The notes: generated by a model not told the origin, from the letters alone. Positions 1-8,545 are shown, counted from the first letter of the stretch. The stretch is 32,000 bases of DNA from Pseudomonas aeruginosa (GCF_001457615.1 NZ_LN831024.1:3930001-3962000), one strand, 5' to 3'. Program-made: numbers and translations.

Positions 1-52
1 CCAGCCCCGCCAGGTTGCTGCGCACATTGCTGATCAGTTGCGTGCGATCCAC
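1..52 (-). CDS. flhA: Flagellar export protein FlhA, 5' end only (runs off window start)
   Basis: Reverse-strand reading from a GTG at 50-52 gives (M)DRTQLISNVRSNLAGL..., which matches my recollection of the Pseudomonas FlhA N-terminus. A GGGGAG Shine-Dalgarno lies about 8 nt upstream. Synteny with flhB and the intervening gene pair fits. Only 17 codons are visible. Confidence 0.6.
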   Translation of the reverse strand, partial: MDRTQLISNVRSNLAGL

Positions 53-137
53 TCTCGACTCCCCTGCCCTGCGTATGGCGCCCGTAGGTGGGCGCCGAAC
101 AAACTTTTGACGCCGGAATGCGCGTCGGGCGGGTCAT

Positions 138-153
138 TGCAGGAACCGTTCCA
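138..153 (-). promoter_or_regulatory. Candidate sigma54 (RpoN) -24/-12 promoter for flhA
   Basis: The reverse strand reads TGGAAC-GGTTC-CTGCA, with GG and GC at the canonical spacing of the TGGCAC-N5-TTGCW consensus. It lies about 86 nt upstream of the flhA GTG. flhA is known to be RpoN/FleQ dependent in P. aeruginosa. Confidence 0.5.
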
Positions 154-191
154 ACTTTTCAATTCATTGATTGAAAAAGGGTTTTCGCCAA

Positions 192-1544
192 TCACCAACT
201 GCCGGAGGCGCCACCACCGCCACTCGAGCCTCCGCCGCCGGAGAACGAGTCCGAAGACGAACTGGACGAACTCGACGACGAGGAAGACGAGGAACCCGAT
301 GAGCTAGCGTAATCGCCGCCGCGCCGACGCCCTCCCCCCGAGCCGCCGGCGCTGAAATTGCAACCGATGAGCAGCGGCAGGCAAGCGGCGGGCAGGATGA
401 TCAGCGCCTCGATGCTGTTCAGCGGGTCGTCCACCAGCAACAGCAGACACTCCAGGGCCAGGGTCAGCAGCAGGCCGAGCAGGCCCGGCAGGTAGGCCCA
501 GCGCCGTCCTCTGCGCAGCCCCTGCCAGGCACCGGCCAGCATCAGCAGGGTCAGCCCCAGCGAAAGCGGCACGGCCAATCCGTAATGAAGCACCGGCAGG
601 CCATAACGGCCGTAGGCCCAGAACAGCCCCAGCGCATAGAGCACAAGAATGGCGAAGAACCAGCGGGCACCGCGCGAATACTTGAGCAAGGCGCCGAAGC
701 CGACGCCCAGGACCGCCACCATCTCCGCCAGCGCCACCATCGCCCATGCCGGCCAGTGTCGCCCCAGTGCCAACGCCGCAGCGAGCGCCACTACCGTACC
801 CAGGGTCCAGTACCAGGCGCGCGGGCGTACCAGCAGCGCCACCCCGCCGAGAGCGCCGAGCAGGAATGCGATAGCCAGGGTCTGCCGTACCGCGCCGGGC
901 TCCAGCGGGTCGCGCGGCGGCGGCGGCAACGCCTCGCCGTCGATCAGTCGTACCAGGCGCTGCGCCGCCGCTTCCAGGCCGCCGGCGTAGTCTTGCTGAC
1001 GGAACGCAGGGGTCATGTATTCGCGGATGATCCGCCCGGCATCGATGTCGGTGATCGTTCCTTCCAGGCCATAGCCGACTTCAATGCGCATGCGCCGGTC
1101 GTCCTTCGCCACCAGCACCAGGACGCCGTCATCGATCCCCTTGCGCCCCAGCTTCCACGCCTCGAAGACCCGCGTCGCATAGGCCTCGATGCTGTCCGGA
1201 TAGGTGCTGGGCACCATCAGGATCGCTACCTGGGCACCCTTCCGGGCCTCCAGCGCGGCCAGCGAAGCTTCCAGGCGGGCACGCTCGGCGGCGTCGAGGG
1301 TCGCGGTAAGGTCGGTCACCCGCCGCGCCAGCGCCGGAACCTCCGCGGACTCGTAGCCCGCATCGCGCGCTGCCTCGGCCTCGGCGCCGACCGCCGATGC
1401 CTCCACGGCCTCCTCCTCGACATCGGACGCTGCCACCGCGACGGTGACCGGCACCGTCGCGGTGGCAACGGAGGGAATCGCGGCGGCGCAGAGCAGCATG
1501 CCGAACAGGCGAAGCATGGCGAGATAACGCGTGATTGCAGACAT
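192..1544 (-). CDS. TPM-domain (YgcG-like) membrane protein with Gly/Ser-rich C-terminal tail
   Basis: The track ORF 192..2111 is trimmed to the ATG at 1542-1544 (MSAITRYLAMLRLFGMLL...), which has a GGAG SD 7 nt upstream. Domain order is signal peptide, TPM-fold block (...VLVLVAKDDRRMRIEVGYGLEG...), several hydrophobic helices, then a tail ending FSGGGGSSGGGGASGSW. The upstream part of the ORF is an Arg/Gly-rich shadow overlapping the next gene. Confidence 0.85.
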   Translation of the reverse strand: MSAITRYLAMLRLFGMLLCAAAIPSVATATVPVTVAVAASDVEEEAVEASAVGAEAEAARDAGYESAEVPALARRVTDLTATLDAAERARLEASLAALEARKGAQVAILMVPSTYPDSIEAYATRVFEAWKLGRKGIDDGVLVLVAKDDRRMRIEVGYGLEGTITDIDAGRIIREYMTPAFRQQDYAGGLEAAAQRLVRLIDGEALPPPPRDPLEPGAVRQTLAIAFLLGALGGVALLVRPRAWYWTLGTVVALAAALALGRHWPAWAMVALAEMVAVLGVGFGALLKYSRGARWFFAILVLYALGLFWAYGRYGLPVLHYGLAVPLSLGLTLLMLAGAWQGLRRGRRWAYLPGLLGLLLTLALECLLLLVDDPLNSIEALIILPAACLPLLIGCNFSAGGSGGGRRRGGDYASSSGSSSSSSSSSSSSSSDSFSGGGGSSGGGGASGSW

Positions 1545-1576
1545 CCTTGTCTCCGAATGAAATGAACGGGAACCCA

Positions 1577-2851
1577 TTACCAACTGCCCGAGGCACCGCC
1601 TCCGCCGCTGGAACCACCGCCCCCGGAAAAGCCGCCGGACGACGAGGAGGAAGAGGAGGAGGAACCGCCGCCGGAGCTTCCCGACGAGCCTCCCCCCCCA
1701 CTCAGGCGTACCTGGCCGAACACCAGCAGCCCGAGCATGAGCAGGAACGGTAGCAGGGCCAGCCAGACCAGCGGTACGTCCAGGCCACCGGACAGCAATC
1801 CGAGCAGCAGGTAGGCCGCCAGCAACGCCCACAGTCGGCGGTGGAAACTTTTCCGCCGCTCGCGCCATAGCGAGCGCATCAGGCGGTAGTTCGACCAGCA
1901 GAGAACCGCCAGCATCAGCACCCCGGCCGGCCACAGCAGGCCGTAGATGAAGGACACCGCGCTGAACCAATGCGCCGCCAGCCCGAGCAGGGCTACATAG
2001 ACCAGTACGCCGATCACCAGGTAGAAGGCCGGGCGCACCGTCCACAGCGCGCCGAAGGTCGCGCCGCCGACCAGCATGCACAGCGGAGCGACCAGCAGCA
2101 CGCTCATCCATTCGCCGGAAGCGCCGGCCAGCGTGCCCAGCAGCCAGCAGAGCAGCGCCCCGCCGAGCAGCCAGGGCCAGCGCAGCGCCCGGGCACTCAA
2201 CAGCACTCCGGCCAACGATCCGTAGATGAAGGCGACCAGCAGCGCCCAGGCTTCCGCCGGCAATTGCCCCAGCGAGACTTTCGGCGCACCCGACGACGCG
2301 GCCGCCGGCAGCGTTTCGCCGTCGACCAGGCGGATCAGCTCGTCCACCGCGGCCTCGATCCCGCCGGCGTAGTCGCCCTCGCGAAATGCCGGGGCCATCC
2401 GCTCGCGAATGATCCGTCCGGCGACCACATCGGGCACCGCACCCTCCAGGCCGTAGCCGACCTCGATGCGCATGCGCCGGTCATCCTTGGCCACCACCAG
2501 CAGCAGACCGTCGTCGACCGCCTTGCGGCCGAGCTTCCAGGCCTGGAACAACTTGTCGGAGAAGGCTTCGATATCGAGGGTACCGGTAGTCGGCAGCATC
2601 ACCACCGCGATCTGCGCACCGCGTCGCCGCTCCAGCGCCTCGAGCTTCTCCACCAGGCGTTGGCGCGTCGCCTCGTCCAGCGTGTGGGTGGCATCCACCA
2701 CCCGCTCCGACAGGGGCAAGGCGACCCATTCCGCCGGCGCTTCGGCGTGCGCAGGCATCCAGGGCAGCAGCCAGGCCAGGGCGAGCAACAGGAGGACAGG
2801 CGGGAAAATACGATCAGACAAGGTTCGATCCATGAACGGCAAAGCTCTCAT
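1577..2851 (-). CDS. TPM-domain (YgcG-like) membrane protein, paralog of the downstream gene
   Basis: 424-aa ORF with a signal-like N-terminus (…PVLLLLALAWLLPWMPAHA/EAP), a TPM block (…LLLVVAKDDRRMRIEVGYGLEG…), multiple TM helices and the same FSGGGGSSGGGGASGSW terminus. An alternative start is the ATG at 2833 (MDRTLS...); neither start has a strong SD. Confidence 0.85.
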   Translation of the reverse strand: MRALPFMDRTLSDRIFPPVLLLLALAWLLPWMPAHAEAPAEWVALPLSERVVDATHTLDEATRQRLVEKLEALERRRGAQIAVVMLPTTGTLDIEAFSDKLFQAWKLGRKAVDDGLLLVVAKDDRRMRIEVGYGLEGAVPDVVAGRIIRERMAPAFREGDYAGGIEAAVDELIRLVDGETLPAAASSGAPKVSLGQLPAEAWALLVAFIYGSLAGVLLSARALRWPWLLGGALLCWLLGTLAGASGEWMSVLLVAPLCMLVGGATFGALWTVRPAFYLVIGVLVYVALLGLAAHWFSAVSFIYGLLWPAGVLMLAVLCWSNYRLMRSLWRERRKSFHRRLWALLAAYLLLGLLSGGLDVPLVWLALLPFLLMLGLLVFGQVRLSGGGGSSGSSGGGSSSSSSSSSGGFSGGGGSSGGGGASGSW

Positions 2852-2905
2852 CCCGAGCGGGTATCGGCCAAGGCTGCCACAGCGCGGCGCGCAGCTCCAG
2901 CCCGG

Positions 2906-4042
2906 TCACTCGTCGCGACGCAGGTCCGGCGGGATCGGCAGGTCCTTCAACGGGCTCGGCCGCTTGCCCTTGCCGGCCTGGTACTGCTTGAGCTGGTAGA
3001 CATAGGCCAGCACCTGGGCCACGGCGAGATAGAGCCCGGCGGGAATCTCCTGATCCAGCTCGGTGGAGTAGTACACCGCTCGCGCCAGCGCCGGCGACTC
3101 CATGACCATCACCTTGTGCTCCTGGGCCACCTCGCGGATCTTCAGGGCCAGGAAATCGTTGCCCTTGGCCAGCAGCAGCGGCGCCCCGCCGCCCGCCGGG
3201 TCGTACTTCAGGGCTACGGCGAAGTGGGTCGGGTTGGTGATCACCACGTCGGCCTCCGGCACCGCCGCCATCATCCGTCTCTGCGCCATCTCGCGCTGCA
3301 TCTGGCGGATCTTCGACTTGACCTCGGGCTTGCCCTCGGAGTCCTTGTATTCGTCGCGGACTTCCTGCTTGGTCATCAGCAGCTTCTGGCGGTTGTCCCA
3401 GATCTGGTAGGGCACGTCCACCGCGGCGATCAGCAGCAGGCTGCAGGCCATCCAGAAGGCGCTCCAGCCGACCACCCGCACGCTGTGCAGGATCGCCTGC
3501 TCGAGCGGCTGGTGCGCCAGCGCCAGGAGGGCGTCGCGGTCGGCGGAGAGCACCAGCAGGGCCACCGCCAGCACCACCAGGAACTTGATCAGCGCCTTGC
3601 TCAGTTCGAGCAGCGACTTGGCGGAAAACATCCGCTTCAGCCCCGACAGCGGGTTGAGCCGGCTGAACTTGGGTTGCAGGGCGTCCATCGAGAACAGCCA
3701 GCCGCCGAGGGCGATCGGCCCGACGATCGCCGCCACCAGCAGCATCAGCAGGATCGGCCAGAGCCCCTGGGCAGCCAGGTAGGCCGAAGCGCCGAGCAAT
3801 TGCAGCATGCTCTCGGTATTCATCGCGGTTTCCCGGGACAGCTCGAAATTGCTGCGCATCAGGCGCAACAGGGCGCCCGCCAGGTCGGCGCCGTAGATCA
3901 GCAGGCCGCCGGCGCCGGCCATGAGGATGGCCAGGGTGTTCAGCTCCCGCGAACGCGGCAACTGCCCTTTCTCGCGCGCCTCGCGGCGGCGTTTCTCCGT
4001 GGGTTCCTCTGTCTTGTCCTGCCCGCTCTCGCTCTCGGCCAT
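2906..4042 (-). CDS. flhB: Flagellar type III export switch protein FlhB
   Basis: 378 aa, MAESESGQDKTEEPTEKRRREAREKGQLPRSRE..., with a typical FlhB N-terminus, four TM segments and a C-terminal domain containing the NPTH autocleavage motif (VITNPTHFAVAL). Confidence 0.97.
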   Translation of the reverse strand: MAESESGQDKTEEPTEKRRREAREKGQLPRSRELNTLAILMAGAGGLLIYGADLAGALLRLMRSNFELSRETAMNTESMLQLLGASAYLAAQGLWPILLMLLVAAIVGPIALGGWLFSMDALQPKFSRLNPLSGLKRMFSAKSLLELSKALIKFLVVLAVALLVLSADRDALLALAHQPLEQAILHSVRVVGWSAFWMACSLLLIAAVDVPYQIWDNRQKLLMTKQEVRDEYKDSEGKPEVKSKIRQMQREMAQRRMMAAVPEADVVITNPTHFAVALKYDPAGGGAPLLLAKGNDFLALKIREVAQEHKVMVMESPALARAVYYSTELDQEIPAGLYLAVAQVLAYVYQLKQYQAGKGKRPSPLKDLPIPPDLRRDE

Positions 4043-4044
4043 GG

Positions 4045-4821
4045 CTATTTCGCCCGCACCAGTTCACGGAGGAATTGCAGGGCCTCGCCGGCCAGCACCT
4101 GGTACTGGCTGAGCAGGTCGGCGGTGCCGATCCAGAGGATCACCAGGCCCAGCACCAGGGTCAACGGAAAGCCGATGGAGAAGATGTTCAGTTGCGGCGC
4201 CGCGCGGGTCATGGCGCCGAAGGCGAGGTTCACCACCAGCAGCGCGGTGATCGCCGGCAGCGCCAGCAGCAGTGCCGCGCCCATCACCCAGCCGAGCTTG
4301 CCGGCGATGATCCAGAAATGGTTGCCGCTCAGGCCCTCGCCCACCGGCAGGGTGACGAAGCTCTCGGCGATTACCTCGAACACTACCAGGTGCCCGTTCA
4401 TCGCCAGGAACAGCAGCGTCACCAGCATGGTGAAGAACTGGCCGAGCACCGGCACCGAGACGCCGTTGGCCGGGTCAACCATGGAAGCGAAGCCCAGGCC
4501 CATCTGCATCGAGATGATCTGCCCGGCGATCACGAAGGCGTGGAACAGCAACTGCAGGGAAAAGCCGAGCAAGGCGCCGACCAGGATCTGCTCGCCGATC
4601 AGCAGCATGGCCTTCATGCTCAGCGCGTCCACCTGCGGCATCGGCGGCAGGTTCGGCACCAGCACCACGCAGACGCCCAGCGCCAGGTAGAGGCGCACCC
4701 GCACCGGCACCAGCTGGGTGCCGATCACCGGCATGGTCATCAGCAGCGCCGCGACCCGGAACAGCGGCAGCACGAAGCTGGCGATCCAGCCGCCGATCTG
4801 CGCGTTGGTCAGCTCCAGCAT
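4045..4821 (-). CDS. fliR: Flagellar export apparatus protein FliR
   Basis: The track ORF 4045..5049 is trimmed to Met77 (MLELTNAQIGGWIASFVLPLFRVAALL...), giving a 258-aa polytopic membrane protein. Its ATG shares one base with the fliQ TGA (TGATG junction at 4821). Confidence 0.95.
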   Translation of the reverse strand: MLELTNAQIGGWIASFVLPLFRVAALLMTMPVIGTQLVPVRVRLYLALGVCVVLVPNLPPMPQVDALSMKAMLLIGEQILVGALLGFSLQLLFHAFVIAGQIISMQMGLGFASMVDPANGVSVPVLGQFFTMLVTLLFLAMNGHLVVFEVIAESFVTLPVGEGLSGNHFWIIAGKLGWVMGAALLLALPAITALLVVNLAFGAMTRAAPQLNIFSIGFPLTLVLGLVILWIGTADLLSQYQVLAGEALQFLRELVRAK

Positions 4822-5090
4822 CAGCCGATCAGCAGCGGGATGTTGCCGATCAGCGTCTGGGTGTACTCCATCAGCTGCCGCAGCAGCCAGGGGCCCAGCA
4901 CGATCAGGGTGAGCAGGATCACCATCAGGCGCGGCAGGAAGCTCAGGGTCTGTTCGTTGATCTGGGTGGCGGCCTGGAACATCGCCACCACGAGACCGAC
5001 CAGCAGGCTCGGAACCACCAGCACGCCGACGATCATCGCCGTCAGCCACAACGCCTCGCGGAACAGGTCGAGTGCCACCTCAGGGGTCAT
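4821..5090 (-). CDS. fliQ: Flagellar export apparatus protein FliQ
   Basis: 89 aa, MTPEVALDLFREALWLTAMIVGVLVVPSLLVGLVVAMFQAATQINEQTLSFLPRL, a conserved FliQ/SctS sequence. Confidence 0.97.
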   Translation of the reverse strand: MTPEVALDLFREALWLTAMIVGVLVVPSLLVGLVVAMFQAATQINEQTLSFLPRLMVILLTLIVLGPWLLRQLMEYTQTLIGNIPLLIG

Positions 5091-5134
5091 GTCTCTCTCC
5101 AGCGCGCCAGCGGCGCGTCAAGCCGGCGGCACCG

Positions 5135-5902
5135 CTAGACGGTGCCGAAACTGCCCGCCAGCGTCCCGATGATCAGCGCCCAGCCATCCACCAGGACGAA
5201 CAGCATGATCTTGAACGGCAGGGAAATGATCAGCGGCGACAGCATCATCATGCCCATCGCCATCAGCACGCTGGACACCACCAGGTCGATGATCAGGAAC
5301 GGGATGAAGATCATGAAGCCGATCTGGAACGCGGTCTTCAGCTCGGACGTGACGAAGGCCGGGACCAGGATGGTCAGCGGCGTCGCCTCCGGGCTGCCGA
5401 TGTCGGTGCGCTTGGACAGGCGGACGAACAGCTCCAGGTCGGAGGTACGAGTCTGCGCCAGCATGAACGCCTTCAGCGGTACCTCGGCCTTTTGCAGGGC
5501 TTCCTGGGCGGGAATCTGCTCGTTCAGGTAGGGCTGCAGGGCCTGGCTGTTGATCTTGTCGAACACCGGGGCCATGACGAACATGGTCAGGAACAGCGCC
5601 AGCCCCACCAGCACCTGGTTCGACGGCGTCGATTGCAGGCCCAGCGCCTGGCGCAGGATGGAGAAGACGATGATGATCCGGGTGAAGCTGGTCATCAGCA
5701 TGACGAACGCCGGGATGAAGCTCAGCGCGGTCATGATCAGCAGGATCTGCAGGCTGACCGAATACTCCTGCTGGCCCTGGCCGTTGGTGGTCACGGTGAT
5801 CGCCGAGATCGATGTCGGGTCGGCGGCCAGCGCCGGCCACGGCGCCAGCAGCAGAAGGCAGAGCGCGGCGAGCGCGCCGGCCAGGGAGATGCGCGGAGTC
5901 AT
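5135..5902 (-). CDS. fliP: Flagellar export apparatus protein FliP
   Basis: 255 aa with a signal peptide followed by conserved FliP/SctR blocks (…[41 protein letters not shown]…). Confidence 0.97.
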
Positions 5903-6351
5903 GGCTTGCCCTTGGGGTCCTTGTTCAGCAGCTCCAGCAGGCGCTGGGCGAATTCCGGCGTGGCCGGCTCGCCGTCCGGCAGGTGTACCGGCTCCTTGAG
6001 CACGTGCAACGGCGTGATCCGGCCGGGCGTCAGGCCGAGCAGGATCTGCTCCTCACCGACCTGCACCAGCACCAGCCGGTCGCGCGGACCCAGCGGCTGG
6101 CTGGCAAGGGTGCGGATCAAGCGGTTGCCGCGCGGACCGGCCTGTTGCACCCGGCGCACCAGCCAGGCGAGCAGGAAGATCAGGCCGATCACCAGGCCCA
6201 GGCCGAGCACCAGTTGGGCCAGTTGCGCGGCGGCGCCGGAAGCGGCGCCCACCGTCGGCGCGGCGGCACCCGTCGTCCCCTCGGCGGCGCACAGCGGCGC
6301 GCTCAGCGAGGCGAGTGCCGGCAGGAAGCCGGCGAACAGGTAGCGACGCAT
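5899..6351 (-). CDS. fliO: Flagellar protein FliO
   Basis: 150 aa with a single central TM helix ([19 protein letters not shown]). It lies between fliN and fliP, with a 4-nt ATGA overlap with fliP. Confidence 0.9.
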
Positions 6352-6352
6352 G

Positions 6353-6826
6353 TCAGCGCAGCTTCTTGATGCGTTCGCTGGGACTGATCACGTCGGTCAG
6401 GCGGATGCCGAACTTCTCGTTCACTACCACCACCTCGCCGTGGGCGATCAGGGTGCCGTTGACCAGTACGTCCAGCGGCTCGCCGGCCAGGCGATCGAGT
6501 TCGATCACCGACCCCTGGTTGAGCTGCAGCAGGTTGCGGATGCTGATGTCGGTATGCCCGACCTCCATGGAAATGGTCACCGGGATGTCCAGGATCACAT
6601 CCAGGTTGGGCCCCTCCAGGCCGGAAATGGTCGGTGCCTTCGGCGAAGCGCCGAACTCTTCCATCGGCGCCCGCGGGGTACTCGGCTCCGCCACGGGAGT
6701 CGCGCCGCCCTGGGCCATCAGCGCATCGATGTCGTCCTGGCTGGCGTCGCCCGCCTCGGCCAGCGCCGCCGCCCACTCGTCGGCCAGTGCCTGTTCCTCG
6801 GTGGTCACTTTTTCTTCGTCTGCCAT
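6353..6826 (-). CDS. fliN: Flagellar motor switch protein FliN
   Basis: 157 aa with an acidic N-terminus and a conserved SpoA/FliN C-terminal domain (…LDVILDIPVTISMEVGHTDISIRNLLQLNQGSVIELDRLAGEPLDVLVNG…). Confidence 0.97.
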   Translation of the reverse strand: MADEEKVTTEEQALADEWAAALAEAGDASQDDIDALMAQGGATPVAEPSTPRAPMEEFGASPKAPTISGLEGPNLDVILDIPVTISMEVGHTDISIRNLLQLNQGSVIELDRLAGEPLDVLVNGTLIAHGEVVVVNEKFGIRLTDVISPSERIKKLR

Positions 6827-6853
6827 GGTTCGTCTTTCCTCCGGGGGAAGCGG

Positions 6854-7825
6854 TCAGCGCGAGCGCTCGACCGCTTCGAGAATCTGTAGCGCCAGGTTGC
6901 CCTTGTGGGCGCCCAGCTTGACCTTGAAGGCGGGCACGCCGTTGGCGCGCATCACCATGTGTTCCGGCATCTCCACCGGGATCACGTCGCCCGGCTGCAT
7001 GTGCAGGATGTCGCGCAGCTTGAGCTGGCGGCGGACCACGGTGGCGCCGAGCGGTACCTGGACGTCCAGCACGTCCTCGCGCAGGGCCTTGATCCAGCGC
7101 TCGTCCTGGTCGTCGTGGTCGGACTGGAAACCGGCGTCGAGCATCTCGCGGATCGGCTCGATCATCGAGTAGGGCATGGTGATGTGCAGGTCGCCGCCAC
7201 CGCCGTCCAGTTCGATGTGGAAGGTGGAGACCACCACCACCTCGCTGGGACTGACGATGTTGGCCATGGCCGGGTTGACCTCCGAGTTGACGTACTCGAA
7301 GTTCATCTCCAGCACCGCCTGCCAGGCTTCCTTCAGATCGACGAAGGCCTGCTCCAGCACCATCCGCACCACCCGCAGTTCGGTCGGGGTGAACTCGCGG
7401 CCCTCGATCTTGGCGTGGCGGCCGTCGCCGCCGAAGAAGTTGTCCACCAGCTTGAACACCAGCTTGGCGTCGAGGATGAACAGCGCGGTGCCGCGCAGCG
7501 GCTTCATCTTCACCAGGTTGAGGCTGGTGGGAACGTACAGCGAGTGCACGTACTCGCCGAACTTCATCACCTGCACGCCGCCGACCGCGACGTCGGCCGA
7601 ACGGCGCAGCAGGTTGAACATGCTGATGCGGGTGTAGCGGGCGAAACGCTCGTTGATCATCTCCAGGGTCGGCATGCGGCCCCGGACGATGCGGTCCTGG
7701 CTGGTCAGGTCATAGGACTTGACCGATCCCGGCGTCGCCTCGACTTCGGTTTCCACCAGGCCATCGTCGACGCCGTGCAACAGCGCGTCGATTTCATCCT
7801 GGGAAAGCAGATCTTGCACGGCCAT
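6854..7825 (-). CDS. fliM: Flagellar motor switch protein FliM
   Basis: 323 aa with the N-terminal CheY-P binding motif (LLSQDEIDALL), plus FliM middle and C-terminal domains. Confidence 0.97.
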   Translation of the reverse strand: MAVQDLLSQDEIDALLHGVDDGLVETEVEATPGSVKSYDLTSQDRIVRGRMPTLEMINERFARYTRISMFNLLRRSADVAVGGVQVMKFGEYVHSLYVPTSLNLVKMKPLRGTALFILDAKLVFKLVDNFFGGDGRHAKIEGREFTPTELRVVRMVLEQAFVDLKEAWQAVLEMNFEYVNSEVNPAMANIVSPSEVVVVSTFHIELDGGGGDLHITMPYSMIEPIREMLDAGFQSDHDDQDERWIKALREDVLDVQVPLGATVVRRQLKLRDILHMQPGDVIPVEMPEHMVMRANGVPAFKVKLGAHKGNLALQILEAVERSR

Positions 7826-7832
7826 GGGATAC

Positions 7833-8354
7833 CTACTGCAGCACGAAATTGGTGAACAACACTTGTTCGATAGCCAGTTGGCCGGTTTCCTTCTTGGCCA
7901 GTTCCTGCAATCCGGCGGTCGCCTGCTGGCGGAGCATTTCCTTGCCCACCGGAGTCACCAGCGAGTCGAAACTCTGACTCGAGAACAGCATCACCAGTTT
8001 ATTGCGAACCAGCGGCATGTGCTCGCGCAATGCGTCCATCTGCGCCTTGTCGCGCCCCATCAACGCGACGCCGACCTGCATGTAGCGCTGCCGGCCGTTC
8101 TGGTTGAAGTTGACGACGAAGGCCGGCGCCAGGATCTCGTAGAGCGCCGGCTGCTTGCCCGGCTTCGCCGCCTCGCTGGCGACTTCCTCGGTCTTCTCGG
8201 CCTTCAGCGACTTGCTGAGGAAGAACCAGGTGCCGCCCACCGACAGGCCGATCGCCAGCAGCAGGCCGACCACGATCAGCAGGATCAGCTTCAGCTTGCT
8301 CTTGCCGCCGCTCGGAGCCCCCGCGTCGGCGGGTGTCGCCTCTTTCTTAGCCAT
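7833..8354 (-). CDS. fliL: Flagellar basal-body-associated protein FliL
   Basis: 173 aa, MAKKEATPADAG..., with a single TM helix (LILLIVVGLLLAIGLSVGG) and a FliL periplasmic domain. It is the first gene of the fliL-flhB cluster. Confidence 0.95.
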   Translation of the reverse strand: MAKKEATPADAGAPSGGKSKLKLILLIVVGLLLAIGLSVGGTWFFLSKSLKAEKTEEVASEAAKPGKQPALYEILAPAFVVNFNQNGRQRYMQVGVALMGRDKAQMDALREHMPLVRNKLVMLFSSQSFDSLVTPVGKEMLRQQATAGLQELAKKETGQLAIEQVLFTNFVLQ

Positions 8355-8403
8355 GCCAAAAATCCGTCGCTATAGCGTCAAATGAAGGGTTTCACAGGGG
8401 CAG

Positions 8404-8419
8404 AGCAAGGGTTGTGCCA
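8404..8419 (-). promoter_or_regulatory. sigma54 (RpoN) -24/-12 promoter of the fliL operon
   Basis: The reverse strand reads TGGCAC-AACCC-TTGCT, a near-perfect match to TGGCAC-N5-TTGCW, about 50 nt upstream of the fliL ATG. The fliL operon is known to be an RpoN/FleQ class II operon. Confidence 0.65.
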
Positions 8420-8545
8420 TTTCTGCAACGCCGCCCCGCCTCCTGGGACCAGCCCCGGAGGGCTGTCCGAGATGATAGACGGCGCGGATATTACAGCCTG
8501 GCCACAGGAAATCATCCCCGTCTTTTGCGAAATTGCCCGCTCCGG

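Noticed and set aside
215-300. Poly-serine/glycine coding tract considered as a slipped-strand phase-variation repeat
   Set aside because: The Ser run is encoded by a mixture of AGC/TCG/TCC/TCT-type codons (the + strand reads gaagacgaactggacgaactcgacgacgaggaagac…). It is not a homogeneous tri- or hexanucleotide repeat, so slippage is unlikely.
38-307. 89-aa + strand ORF (TTG start) at the window start
   Set aside because: It covers the flhA start, the flhA promoter and the TPM gene tail on the opposite strand. Its Arg/Ser/Thr-rich end is the complement of the Gly/Ser tail.
1545-2111. N-terminal 189-aa extension of the first TPM ORF; similar long extensions on the fliR, sensor kinase, mexM, fliK, lasI, ABC-F and DTW track ORFs
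   Set aside because: The extensions overlap the upstream genes, are Arg/Gly-rich, and lack ribosome-binding sites. Internal ATGs preceded by GGAG-type SD sequences give proteins with proper N-termini, so these are not gene fusions or frameshifts.
1970-4690. 906-aa + strand ORF spanning the TPM gene, flhB and fliR regions
   Set aside because: It is antisense to three well-supported minus-strand genes. The translation is Arg/Gln/His/Pro-rich low-complexity sequence typical of shadow ORFs in high-GC DNA, and it has no recognisable domains.
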